Shown here: one piece after another, positions 1 to 13,461 of the stretch | How the letters are laid out: every line of letters begins with the position of its first letter | Numbering within the stretch: the stretch's first letter is position 1 | Origin: Hormiphora californensis | Taxonomy: Eukaryota > Animalia > Ctenophora | Direction of reading: 5' to 3' | Length of the DNA: 64,000 nt | Assembly: GCA_020137815.1 (NCBI GenBank) | Contig: CM035358.1 | Location: forward strand, 4,836,001-4,900,000 | The notes under the pieces: model-generated | Database searches by the model: none | The model's input: the letters and a program-made list of their open reading frames with translations, nothing else | Told to the model about the DNA's origin: nothing | Program-made: the position numbers and the translations under genes

Positions 1-603
1 GAAGTGGCCAATTCTTGTCTTACTCTAACATTATGTGATCCTAGAAAGAAATGATACTGGTGAATACGGTAAAAGAGTACTTCAAAGTTAGGTTAGAGAC
101 ATGCATTGAAAAACCAAGAAGCAAGAAAGGCACAATAAAATGTTTCTTGTCAAGCACCAAGAAAATAAAGAAGAATTAAAGCGACAGAATGAAGCACATA
201 TTATTCGTGGGAAAGGCACTACACAGATCACAGATGTCAGATATTTCTCACTGTTTCACTCCCTCCTCTGCATCTTTTTTTGCACGTACGAAGCTTGGAA
301 GAGAGGGAGAGAGAGAGGGAGAGAAGGACTCCCTTAGGGAGGGAGGTGCCTGGAAGGGGTCATTTATGAGCTACGTTCAACTTATGCATGAGAGAGAGGG
401 AACATGAAGAGAGTTGAACTGACACACTACAAGCTAAGTTGTACAAGTATATAAGGGGGGAAGGTGTAGCGTGTAGTAGTTAGCAAGTGCTTGTGCTTTC
501 CCTTCTCTTTTTAGTTGTTACATGCAGAGACGAGAGAAAATCAAACGAAGCTCAAATGGAAAGCTGCGTGTTGAAACAAAGGAATGCCAGAAAGCAGAAC
601 AGT

Positions 604-699
<96 letters not shown>

Positions 700-1355
700 C
701 CTCCCAGAAGTGTCAATGAAGTACTTCACCAAATGCGCATATAATATTCTGACTATCCAGGAGTAGTGCTAATGCATTATAGAACACACATGTACGTGTG
801 GGTTTTAGAGTAGCCAATAATAATGGATAAATACGGAAAATTATCCCAAACAAGAGTTGCCTCACCAAACAAGAGGAAATTGCGAGAGAATTGCGAGAGC
901 TGTTAAGTATCCGTGTTGTAAGAGCTGGTGAAGTGCGAAAATAAATGGTGAGAGTACAAGAGAATTATAACAAGAAAATAAAAGATGACTGTGAGTTTCT
1001 CAAAGTCATTGATTAAAAAACCTGATGACGTGCGAGCGAAGGAATAGAAACTAAAAAAAGATTTATCTGGTTTAATGCTATCATTTTGTATCCTTTTCTC
1101 TCCTTCCCTCGAACTAGCTCAGAGTTACCATGACAACGGACAAACATAATACTACAAAATGGACTGTTATAATGGACGCATCGCCATAGCAACGCACTCC
1201 GAAGACAGTGAAATGATATACCCCAAGTCGTTTCCCTTCCCAGCTACCTCCACAGATGGAATTAAGAGCTAGCATGGGTGACGTGAAGGAGATTGTGAGA
1301 GAGAGATAGAGGGAGGGATAGAGAGAGAGATAGAGAGTCAGAGAGAGGGAGGGAT

Positions 1356-1412
<57 letters not shown>

Positions 1413-1466
1413 TATAGAGAGATATAGAGAGTGAGAGAGAGGGAGGGATAGAGAGAGAAAGAGAAG

Positions 1467-1536
<70 letters not shown>

Positions 1537-1541
<5 letters not shown>

Positions 1542-1674
1542 AGTTGGTCCACCTGCCACCACCTCCAATCGGTTTCCCCCGGGCAACGGGGTCACACGGA
1601 GTACCTTTTTCCCCATCCCCTTTTCCCCCTGTTCGATTTCCAGGTCCGTGTGGCCGCGGCTGAGCGTGGCTGTG
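1537..1674 (+). ncRNA. HDV-like self-cleaving ribozyme at the 5' end of the R4/Dong element
   Basis: P1 GGGGGAG(1537-43)/TTCCCCC(1574-80); P3 ACC/GGT around L3 TCCAATC; GGGCAAC junction as in HDV; P4 GGTCACACGGA/TCCGTGTGGCC; GG-C(1660)-TGA; P2 GCCAC/GTGGC. L3 lacks the usual G25. Confidence 0.7.
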
Positions 1675-1911
1675 TATTATAAATACGGAAAAAAATCAAA
1701 AAAGACAAAACCCAAAAACATCTTCTTGGCTAGGTGGCCCACAGTGTAACGACGCCAACTATTACGTTCCTACCCCGCCTTCTCCGGCTCAGGGTTACCA
1801 GTGGAACAGGCATCTTCCAGCCAACTGTGGACCCCCAATGCCCCTTTATCTACTAACCCACTAACCAATCCTGTTTTTTTCCTACTAACCCCCTAACCAG
1901 ATTCATTAGTA

Positions 1912-2476
1912 GAGCCCCGCTCCGGGGAGGATAGACTATCCCGGTCCAGAGAAGATTGATTACCCAGTTCCAGAGAGGAAAGATAGCCCCGTTCCGGAGA
2001 GGATAGTTTACCCCCCCCCCCCCCCCCCCCCCCAAGAGGATAGTTTACCCTGTTCCTGAGAGAATAGTTTACCCCGTCCCTGAGAGGATAGATTTAGCCC
2101 CGTTCCAGAGAGGATCGATTACCCAGTTCCAGAGAGGAAAGATAGCCCCGTTCCGGAGAGGATAGTTTGCCCGTTCCTGAGAGGATAGTTTACCCCCCCC
2201 CCCCCCAAGAGGATAGTTTACCCTGTCCCTGAGAGAATAGTTTACCCCGGCCCTGAGAGGATAGATTTAGCCCCGTTCCAGAGAGGATCGATTACCCAGT
2301 TCCAGAGAGGAAAGTTTGCCCCGTTCCGGAGAGGATAGTTTGCCCCGTTCCTGAGAGGATAGTTTTACCCCCCCCCCCCCTCAAGAGGATAGTTTACCCT
2401 GTTCCTGAGAGGATAGTTTAACCCGGCCCTGAGAGGATAGATAACCCCGTCCCTGAGATGATAGTTTACCCGTCCC
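1912..2476 (+). repeat. ~24-bp tandem array with higher-order structure in the retroelement 5' UTR
   Basis: Units such as GAGAGGATAGTTTACCCCGTTCCT; a poly-C variant unit recurs about every 7 units (~2010, ~2193, ~2367). Confidence 0.85.
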
Positions 2477-2724
2477 GGAGCTTTACACCATATTAATAAT
2501 ACACACCCGAACGCTGAAAGTGTCGGTTCGTGCTGAAAAGCTGAAAGGATGGACGGGCAAACCATCTACTAACGGACCAAATGTGGCGGTGGGATTCCGT
2601 TACCGCTGTGCACCGGTGGCAGTGTTAAGACCCCCAAACCCGGCTCTTCTTCTAACAAACCGATGACTATGTATACACAGTGATTGGTTTGAAACTCACC
2701 CCCAAACTTACTCATCTTTTCGAC

Positions 2725-5700
2725 ATGAGTACTAACACCCGTAAACCAAGGAAGGTCTGGTCTAAGCAAGAGAACCTAGACTTGGTGTACTGCTACTACA
2801 GCAGCAACCCAGGCACATCCGGATCCTGGAAGAGGCTCGAACGCCTATGGGAAGACAAGGGACACGACCCATTAACAGGTGCCAAACTCTCAAGCCAGTT
2901 CAGATCAATAGAGAAATCTGGACACATGGTAACACCGCAGGAGATGGCTGATCAGCGAATGCTAGCAGGGCTAGCAGCATCTGGCCTAAATATACTCCCG
3001 GAAGTGGACCTCACGGTGAATGATAACACTGCGGGTCCGAGTACCTCGGCCAATGGGGACACCGACACCCCACCCCCACCACCACCCCCAACTAGAGCGC
3101 CACGAACGAAATGGACCACTGAAATGAACATTACGCTCGTGTTCATCCACTCGTACTCACAACCGGACAAAAGAGGAGTATGGACCCGAGTGGAGGAAAG
3201 GTGGTCAAAGACAACCTACCCTTCGAAGACTGATGACCAGCTTAGATCCCAACTGAGATCTATAACTCAGTCGGGACTCCTTTCACCACAGAAGCTGATG
3301 GAAATCAGAACAGCGGCCATAGCCGACCGTGAAGAAACTGAATCGGCACGACAGGCTGTGCTAGAAGACAACCCACCCCAGAAGCCATGGAACCCCCACA
3401 AACCCAGTGGAAGAGGAAGGGCCATCACCGAACCCGGAAATCAGGGAGCAGTTCAAGAAACTACTCGAGGAAACCAAGCTCCATCAAAGTCACTGACCTG
3501 AGACAGGTCCCCTGGGGGAAACTACGAGTGGCAATTGACCGACTCAGCCCGGTAATCAAGTCCTTTGAAACCCCAGACCTACCACGTTGAACACACTACT
3601 GATGGCTGTAGCCCACGTGGTCCGAGAACAAATGGGCATTGAGGCACCTAGTGAAACTACCAGTAACTCCCCCCAGAAAGAACAAGCAACCGATGTGGCT
3701 GCGACGACTTGAAGAAAGTGTCGCCAAACTTCGCTCAGACCTCTCCAGGCTGACCGAAATGAGCAGAGGAGCACCCAGAAGTTCCAAACTATAGATACTA
3801 TCTATAGAAGATACCCACTCCTGCCCAAGAAAGGCTACAAGCAAGTAATAGAGGAGGTCAAACAGAGATTGCTAGCGAAGGCCGGAAAGATAAGACGATA
3901 CAAGAAGAAGCAGCAGACCTTCGCTGACAATAACCTGTTTCAGAACAACCAGCGCAACTTCTACAGAAAGTTGGAGAAACGAGGAACAGACCCCATACCG
4001 CACGAATCTACACCAGAGGACCAGACGAGGACACTTAACTTCTGGAAAGACATATGGGAGAATGACGTCGGCCACAACACTGAAGCGGAGTGGTTGGATG
4101 AAATCCAAGAGAACTTTGAGACGGTCAACCAGCAAGAGGAATTCCAGATCACCACAGAAAGAGTGTCTGCCCGTGTGAAGGGAATGACCAACTGGTCGTC
4201 CCCAGGTATAGATGGCCTGCATGCCTTCTGGATCAAGCACACAACTTGTCTCCATGGACGGATAGCTGAGCTGCTTAGTGAAAGTCTTACTACAGGCCAG
4301 GTCCCAGGATGGATGACTGAAGGCAGAACATACCTGCTGCTAAAAGACCCCAAGAAAGGAATGAGCGATCCGGGGAACTTCAGACCCATTACCTGCCTCC
4401 CAAACCTCTGGAAGTTATACACAGGAATGCTGTCAGAAGAGATATACCTACACCTCGACGTAAACGGACTCTTCCCTGAAGAGCAAAAGGGTTGCCGCAA
4501 GAAGAGCAGGGGATGTAAAGAACAGTTAGCAATTGACAAACTTATCCTACGTCATTGCAAACGTACAAAGTCTTCTCTGTATATGTCCTACATCGACTAC
4601 CAGAAGGCATATGACTCGATTCCACACTCCTGGATCCTGAAGTCAATGGAGATGTGCAAGATAAACCCTCAGATAATCCGACTATTCGAATCATCGTTCC
4701 AACAGTGTGTTGTTAATATAGTCCAATCTGGCTCAGCCTTAGGCCAAATACACATCAAGAGAGGCCTCTTCCAAGGAGACGCCGTCTCCCCGATTCACTT
4801 TATTATCGGTCTGATCCCCTTGTCCATGCTCCTAACTAACCAAGGAAGAGGCTACACCATATCTAAACCCAGAAGCTCTAGATACCGATATTAGTATTAA
4901 CCACCGCCTATACATGGACGACCTTAAGCTGTATGCCAGCTCGAAAGAGGACCTTCAACAGCTCTTGGCAGTCACCGAGAAGTTTAGCACTGACATCAAC
5001 ATGTCCTTTGGTCTATCCAAATGCGGAGCCCTAGACATAGTGGATGGAGTCAGAAGTCGGATGCAGGGAATAAGCCTACCAAGTGGAGACAGAATACCCG
5101 AGGTGGAAGATGGAGGCTATAAGTACCTCGGCATCCTGGAGGTTGACCGCATTCTACATCAAGAAATGAAAGCTAAGGTCAAAATAGAATACACTCGAAG
5201 AGTCAAGAAACTGTTGTCCTCGAGGCCTGCAAGGCAAGAACCTCATCACTGCAATCAACACATGGGCAATACCTGTGATACGTTACGGTGCCGGAATACT
5301 GGACTGGTCCACTTCCGAAGCCAGTGGACTAGATATGATTACTAGGAAGATCCTGAGAAGAGGAGTCATCAAGAACAACAGTGACGTTGACCGACTGTAT
5401 GTCAGCAGGAAACTGGGAGGAAGGGGGCCTCCAGCGGATTGAAGATGTCATTGCAAAGGAAGAGACAGGACTCGTGACATTCTTCAACAATTCTACGGAC
5501 CCCAGGATACGTGCCCTCCACACGGCGATGCAGACTGAGGATATGCTAACTGGACCTCCAGAAGACGCAGAAGCCCTGAAGGAAAGATTAGAGGCGGAAC
5601 TTGTAGAGAAATGGAAGAGCAAAGTGCTACATGGAAGATTCCTGAAGCAACTGGAAGAAGGGGGATGCGACCCTGATTCGACCTGGGCCTGGCTCAACAA

Positions 5701-6382
5701 AGAGAGCCTCAGCAGATATACCGAAGCCGATGTATTTGCTGCCCAGGATCAAGCCATTCGCACGAACTGGATAAAAGCTGCCATAGAGAAAGAGCAAGGA
5801 GTGACTGAGAAGTGCCGTATCTGTAACGAACACAACGAGTCGGTGGAACACATCCTAAACGGATGCACGAAACTCGCCAACGGAGACTATAAGCACAGAC
5901 ACGATCGAGTAGCTGCCGCCCTACACTGGGGAATGTGCAAGGACTACGGATTTCCTGCTGAATCAAAGTGGTGGAGCCACTATGCAGAAAAAGTGCTTGA
6001 GAATGAGAACTACAAGATACTCTGGGATTTCCACATACAGACGGACAACCCCATCCAGGCATGTAAACCTGACTTGGTCCTTCTAGACAAACTAAAGAAG
6101 GAAGCGCTACTGATCGACGTCGCTGTACCAAAAGACAGGTCAGTCTCGGACAGGGAGATGGAGAAGATCGAGAAGTACCAAGAACTTCGGAGGGAGCTCA
6201 CACGAATTTGGGAACTTAAAAAGGCCACGATCATCCCTATCGTGATCGGAGCCCTTGGCGGAGTCAGCCCCCGACTGGAGAAGTACCTGACTGCCATAAC
6301 CCGCCAAATCTACCCCTCCCAGCTCCAAAAGTCAGTCCTGTTCAACTCGATGAACACGCTCCGGAAAGTTCTCGACATGTAA
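2725..6382 (+). pseudogene. R4/Dong polyprotein (Myb-like x2, RT, CCHC, REL) broken by several frameshifts
   Basis: ORF-track pieces 2680-3501, 3869-4894, 4914-5345 and 5381-6382 are collinear domains in different frames. Frameshifts may be real decay or sequencing indels. Confidence 0.88.
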
Positions 6383-6791
6383 TATACCTCCTGAGCTGTC
6401 TCCCCCTGTAATTGTAATTAATTTATTTATATTTATACCTTTCTACCCGTTCCTGCTTGCCACTAGGTTTCCCTAGATTTAGACGGTTTGCTTCTTCTGT
6501 TCCTGATAAGTTGACCCTTCTTAGACTCCGTTCCAGATGGTTGGGCTTCTTTCCAGATAGTTTAGGAGGTCTTTTGCTCCGTCACCATGAGCTTTAATTC
6601 CCCTTTATATATTTTCTCCTACTTTAACCCATATGTACATTGTTCAACCTACCCTTATGTACATTGTTCTACCTACCTTTACTCCGCAGGCCCTCCGGGC
6701 CCTCAGATCCAACAGGATCCGGGCTCGGGGGATTTAACCCTGTTTCCACATGGGACCTTACGGCCCCATGTGGGAGTGGTGCGTGTTGTGG

Positions 6792-6851
<60 letters not shown>

Positions 6852-6976
6852 AAAGAGAGAGTGGGTATGATAAAGTGGCTATTACAAGCAAAGACCAGTG
6901 AAATAAGGATGCATAACGGGAGGATAATGGTACATGGTAAAGGAGCGCCAAGGAGTCGTAACTATCCGTAACTTAA

Positions 6977-8279
6977 GGGTACACCTGGCGTTTTTCATCA
7001 TCGAGTGCCCAACCAAATGACTTCACCAGGGTTTAGGCCATACAAAATGGACCTCAAATATGCAATTTTAGCCCTAAAGTCGAATTCATATTTTTGCTAC
7101 AGCCTATTTTCAAAGTGGCGTTTTTTCAATTTTTGTTGAAATTTTTAACCTCAGGACCACTTTTTTTGAGATAGAAACATTAAATTCTTGGAATTTGAAG
7201 AGAATATAAAGGTGAATAAGCCCAAAGAAGGATTTTTGAAATGGAGCTTATTTCTGGCCATGAGAACGGTTTACTTTTTTGCTTCTTTGACACGCTGGCT
7301 GAGAATGTTCCCATGCTTCATTAGAGATGAAAATCTGGAAATAGTTGCTCAAAACGATTATCTATGTGGCCCAAAAATTTTGGAACTTTCCCGCCAAAGA
7401 TGTGGTGTACAGAGCTTTTTTTGTGAAACCTGTCTTTTTGAAAAAGAGAGAAATTCCCTGTATCTCAAAAACGGATGATCGTAGAGACCTGGGACCAAGC
7501 TTAATCGATTCAGAAGGTCCGATTTTGGGGGGGTCTTCTGAGAGACATTTTGCTCCTACTCCAACCGTTTTTGCTGTAATTGCGAAAAAGGTATCAGCAA
7601 GTAAGGGGGAAATCAGCCCGAAGCAGGCTACTGGAATAGAGTTGTTTCCCCTTTTCATAGAATTAGTTTTTTGCAATTACAGCAAAATCGGTTGGAGTAG
7701 GAGCAAAATGTCTCTCAGAAGACCCCCCCAAAATCGGACCTTCTGAATCGATTAAGCTTGGTCCCAGGTCTCTATGATCATCCGTTTTTGAGATACAGGG
7801 AATTTCCCTCTTTTTCAAAAAGACAGGTTTCACAAAAAAAGCTCTGTACACCACATCTTTGGCGGGAAAGTTCCAAAATTTTTGGGCCACATAGATAATC
7901 GTTTTGAGCAACTATTTCCAGATTTTCATCTCTAATGAAGCATGGGAACATTCTCAGCCAGCGTGTCAAAGAAGCAAAAAAGTAAACCGTTCTCATGGCC
8001 AGAAATAAGCTCCATTTCAAAAATCCTTCTTTGGGCTTATTCACCTTTATATTCTCTTCAAATTCCAAGAATTTAATGTTTCTATCTCAAAAAAAGTGGT
8101 CCTGAGGTTAAAAATTTCAACAAAAATTGAAAAAACGCCACTTTGAAAATAGGCTGTAGCAAAAATATGAATTCGACTTTAGGGCTAAAATTGCATATTT
8201 GAGGTCCATTTTGTATGGCCTAAACCCTGGTGAAGTCATTTGGTTGGGCACTCGATGATGAAAAACGCCAGGTGTACCC
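6977..8279. mobile_element. 1303-bp palindromic non-autonomous DNA transposon, Kolobok-like
   Basis: TTAA on both sides (6973-76, 8280-83); termini GGGTACACC...GGTGTACCC; ~613-bp arms nearly identical around a ~77-bp spacer. TTAA TSD with RR termini fits Kolobok rather than piggyBac (CCC termini). Confidence 0.8.
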
Positions 8280-8302
8280 TTAAAGTATAATGGGTCTCTC
8301 TC

Positions 8303-8360
<58 letters not shown>

Positions 8361-9847
8361 TGGCAAGTGCAGTGTCTATACTCGTAATGTCGGTAATTGT
8401 AAGTGACCACGTTGCTATGGCAACCGGTAGAGTAACAATACAACAAGTAACGACACTTTGAAAATGTGCTGCAGCTGCCGTTGATGGGAAAGCTAGATTA
8501 AAGTTGGGATATTATGATTAAATGGAAAATTGAAATCACAAACTTTATTTTTTCATAGTTCATTTTATGTTTATATCTCAATCGATTATAATCGGAATGA
8601 GGCAAAGGGTGCTCCGAGAATCGACCCAATCGATCAGTGATGTAGAACAAATCGCAGCTGATGCCTTGTAATGTCTTAGAACCATCCCTCCCTCTTGCCT
8701 CTCTCTGTACCACTCTTTCTCCCCCCTCTCTCTCTATCTCTCTCTATCTATCTATCTCTATCCCCCTCTCTCCCTCCCATCTCTCTGTACTATAGTAATG
8801 AGTGCCAGGTGTCCGTGTACAGGTTGCTATGGTGACCCACGGCCAAAACAAGTCCCCCTGTGTGGGAGAGAGGGAGAGAGAGAAAGCGGAGCTGGGCATG
8901 TAGACAGGGAGAAATGGTTAGATAGACGTACCGATGTTTATAAGCCGGGGCTTTTTTGTCGGAAAAATCTCAAAATAGAAGAAAATGAAGAGTAAAGTGA
9001 CGCATGCAAAACAAAAAGTCGAAAACAAGCAAGCAGAATACTTTTAAAATGCAGTCTAAATTGCAAAAGAAGAAGAAGATAGAAAAGATATACTAAGAGG
9101 CAAGAACATTTCAAACCCTCTCACGAACAACTAAAAAAGAAATCACACAACACAAGGGCCGAGTGAAAGAAAGACCAGGACAGGAAAGTTTTTTGAGGGT
9201 GCAGATCAGGCCGCAGGTTCAAAGAGCTAAAAACACGAACACAGCAAAGGACATTTTCCGGCCTTGAGCTTTAGTCAACGTGTAACGACCGCTCTCCTGT
9301 ACTCTCTCCCTCTATCTTCCCTCTCTCTCTCTCTCTCTCTCTCCCTCTCTATCCCTCTCTCTATCCCTCTCTCTATCCCTCTCTCTCTCTTTCTTGCTTT
9401 GTCCGCCGTGTTGCCATGGTAACTGCATCAAGGACTCTCCCTGAATATATCTCCCTCCCTGGATATACGTCATGCATACATAGGTGAATTACTAGTCAAG
9501 CGAGAAGAGTGCATCTGCATGGCCACAAAAGAATCCCTTTTCTCGCCCTTCCCTTCTTCTACCGTATAGCAAAGTCACCTGTATGGTTCCCTTCGACCTT
9601 CGTCATATATTTATTTCTAATCGCCAACAAAACATCCCTTCCCCATCAGCACTCCAATCCTAGAAACTTCGACACCTGTCCTGGTCCCCCTCCTCTACCT
9701 TTCGTGTATCTCATTCCCCAATTACCTGACTATGCTATACCCAATACCTAACATCGAATACCTAACATCGAATACCTAACCTCTATTACCTTACTATACC
9801 TCAATACATATAGTCTTTATTAATCTCTATTACCTCACCATCTAGCC

Positions 9848-12800
9848 ATGTTTGAGGATGACAACTTAGAAGACGTTTCATTTTCTATCAACAAGGAGTA
9901 TGCAGCACGATTTGAACACAACAAAAAACGAGAGGAACTCCATAGACGTGAGTTATAACATCACAAGATAAGTCACCCCTCCCTAGATCCTAAAACCTAA
10001 CTTGATTTGATTTGAGAGACCTAAAAAAGAGACGGTATCTCCTTCCGGCTGGGTCAACAGGGTCAAAATGAAAATGCGGTGGTTTATTATTAAACAATAC
10101 TTACCATCTCTATTGATTATTATCATGCGGCTCATAAACAATTATCCGATAATTATCCTGTCTAAAAAAGAGAGACCTAAAGTTGTAACTAAGAGCGAAG
10201 AGTTCTCGTTGTGAGAAGTGCGAGATAGGGTTGGCTGCAAATTAAACAATGAACATGACGTGGGTTGAATTCGGTCTCAAGAAAAACTGACAGGTTGTAA
10301 ATCAGAATTTGTCAAATGCAAACTCAGCTGACACTTGGCACATGAGCAAAGGAAAAAGGAGCGCTGTTGTTGTGGTACCCATGGTAACGAGAGGGGGGAG
10401 TCTTGACTAATAACACTTGACAGCTGCATCAAGGTCATTGGAAGGCTTCCAGAATATAGCAGCTCATACAGATCTCAAGTGTTGTAACTTCACGACGTAT
10501 CAATGATGTACAAAGTGAAGCATCTGTTCAGTTTCAGCTCGAACCTAACCCATTTTCCTCTTTGCTATAGAGGGAGAATTGGGTTAGGTTTGAGCTACAA
10601 ACGAGAGACTCCGAATCCTTACTCTTCTCTCATGCCGACACATCTAAACCTCCCTCTATCCCATCACTTCCTTAGAACCTAACGCCCTCTGCTCCCTCAA
10701 TGAGGGACCCTCATACGACCTAACCCCATCAGTGCAAGAAAAGTACGGTAAAGACACCGCTAATTTAGATGAAGGAGAGGACAGCTCTGATGGGTCTGAT
10801 GAGGACGATAATGCTATTGTAAGTGTTGGGATCTGTTACTATGGTAACCAGAGCAGAATTCTTAAGTAGTGAACTGTTGGGATCTGTTACCATGGTAACC
10901 AAAGTAGAGTTCAGATGAAACTTGGGTTGAAGGGTGGGCTGAGGAAATTAATGGAAGTTGTAACATGAGTTGGGATGTTGCTATGGTACCCCCACCGTAC
11001 GTGGGGGGAGTATACGTATGTGATCTCAATAATCACGTGACACTTCTGATATTCGCTCTACAGCTGTACTCCTCCCCCGCAGTACGATAGTATAGCAAAG
11101 GACAAGGGCTTCCTGCGTGTCCTATCAAAGATCAAAAGCCGCGACCCAGAGATCTATGACAAGAGCAAGAGGTGGTTTGATGATGAGGGAGAGGGGGCTT
11201 CTAGCAGCACTGACAAGGAACAGACCAAACCAATGTTTCTCAAAGACTACGAGAGAGAAACTATCCTGAATAAAGGAAGGTTAGTTTTCTTTATTCCCTG
11301 TTGGATCTAATCAAAAATGATACAGGGCTCATAATAAGTGACAGTAACTATTATTTCCCATCTAGGCCACCAAGGTCTTACACAAGATACGCCACTATTT
11401 GTTGCAAAGTCTCACTCGGGATATGCCATGATCTTTTTTAATAAAAAACACCCATCATTTCAAGCCGGTAGCCTGGATCTCTTTGATTTAAAACACGCAT
11501 CATTTCAGCCTGGTAGTTGATTCAGATGAGGAGGACTCTGCAGCAGTTCCCCAGGGTCCCAGTTACAATCAGGAACAGGAGAATGCAAAGAGAGAGTTGA
11601 AGGCAGCTCTGAATGGAGATGATGAGGAAGGGGATGAGCCCTTGTTGACACTGAGGAACAAGACAAGCGAAGAAAAGGTATTATAAGCCCGGTATTCGAG
11701 TTACTACTATTATCAGTATTTGCTGGTCAACAAATCAGTATTAGATCTACGCGTCCTACTCTGTCGCTGCACAAACCAAGCCATAACTTCCCCCTTCTCA
11801 TCCTCATTTATCACTGTCGCCACAAACCAAGCTATAACTTCCCCCGTTCTCATCCTCATTTATCACTGCAGGAAAAGGAAGATGAAGACTACCGACAGTG
11901 GTTGAAGGGAGAGAAGAAGAAGATATCAGATCCTACCCTCAAGTCGGATATCGAATATCTCAAGAAGACATGGTCAGATCCGAACCTAGATGAGAACGAG
12001 CAGTTTCTGAGGGACTTCATCCTCAATAAGGGATGGGTGGATAAAGAGGAAAAAGACTTGTAAGTTGGTTAAAAACTCTAATTGATCGAGTTTAGAAGCT
12101 TGTTGTAAACAAACCTAGGCGTGGGTTTGGCCCCGGGGCGCTTGCGAGCGCTATGATGATTTCCTCTAGCCTACTAAACCAACTACTTTGCAGTGTTCCA
12201 ACGTATGATGAGATAATAGATGACGAAGAGGAAGAAGAAGAAAAACATGAGATGTTTGAGAGGAAGTTCAACTTCCGATTCGAGGAACCAGACCATGAGC
12301 TGGTAAGTTTGAAAATAATAAACCTATATAAGTGCCAGTAGGGCCCTAGAGGGGACTATGGTGGGCTTTGGGCTTCTTAGAAATCTTAGAATTTTCCTTG
12401 TGATGGGAGCGTGGAGATTGAAAACCCCAGAAACGTCTTTCCAATACGAGGACACAGTGGCAGAAAAGTTGGTTATAGCCATTTTGTCCTTGATCTGAAT
12501 AATATTACACTTCGATCAATGATCAATATATATCAACCCTGCAGATTCGGAATTATCCTCGGACGATAGCAAACAGTGTGAGAAAGGAAACCAAAGAGAC
12601 GAGAAAGGATAAACGAAAACGCAAAGAGGAAAGAAAGAAAAAGGTGAGATCTGCTCAAGGCAAGACTTGGAAATCCGGCTTTCTTAATTTGCCTTTTGTT
12701 AAGATAATGTTACCACATTATTCTCTCTATCCATGTATGAACAGACCAATATTTTTCCTTACACAACACATTAATTGACAATTTTCCCAGGAAAAAGAGG

Positions 12801-13371
12801 AGAGAACCCAGGAAATTGGTCGGCTAAAAAAACTAAAACTGGAGGAGATCGAGGGCAAGTTAGCAAAGTTATCAAGCAACGCGGGCAAGGAAATACAGGG
12901 TGTCGATTTGGATGACGACTTTGATCCGGATAGCCATGACAAGGCAATGAGCAAGCTGTTTGATGATGATTATTATAATGATGAGAATGCGGGGGTGAAA
13001 CCAGTATTTAGTGATTCTGAGGATGACCTGATAAGTGAGTTTTTAATTAGATATCCGTGTTTATCCTGTCAGAGCATTTATAGAGCCTGACCCTGTTATC
13101 ATTTCTTTCAAATGATTTCTACGGAGCGGGTGAGAAGAGCGGTCAGAAAATTGGCCTTACCCGACATTGTTGATCTATAGTTTGCAACATAGACATAGAG
13201 AGTACATGACTGAACAAATTATTTGGGGTCAATGTCGGTACGAATTGTCCTAAACCAACGATGATAATTATGTACGACTGACACGTGTTGTCATTAGCAT
13301 AATTCGCCAAGAATAGCCGCAATGGAATAAATATATTCAACACCAGACAAGATATTATTACTAGCCAATGA

Positions 13372-13461
<90 letters not shown>

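Larger units (their letters stand above)
1537..6794 (+). mobile_element. Full-length non-LTR retrotransposon with REL endonuclease (R4/Dong clade) inserted in a (GA)n microsatellite
   Basis: Single frameshifted ORF: N-terminal Myb-like domains, RT (NFRPITCL, QKGCR, DYQKAYDS, GLFQGD, YMDD), CCHC knuckle (CRIC...ESVEHILNGC) and REL endonuclease (RHD, KPDLV, IDVAVP, EKIEKY). GA repeats flank both ends (1297-1534 and 6795-6848). Confidence 0.9.

Noticed and set aside
487-766. Poly-SL, poly-ER and poly-FVCL ORFs here and throughout the window
   Set aside because: They are translations of (CT)n, (GA)n and (GTTT)n microsatellites.
2505-2550. Repeated CTGAAAG as a hammerhead core
   Set aside because: Does not match CUGANGA and lacks the three-stem arrangement.
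7188-8068. Mirror-image ORF pairs (also 45075-46112 and 52859-53341)
   Set aside because: By-products of palindromic elements; no transposase or other recognisable motifs.
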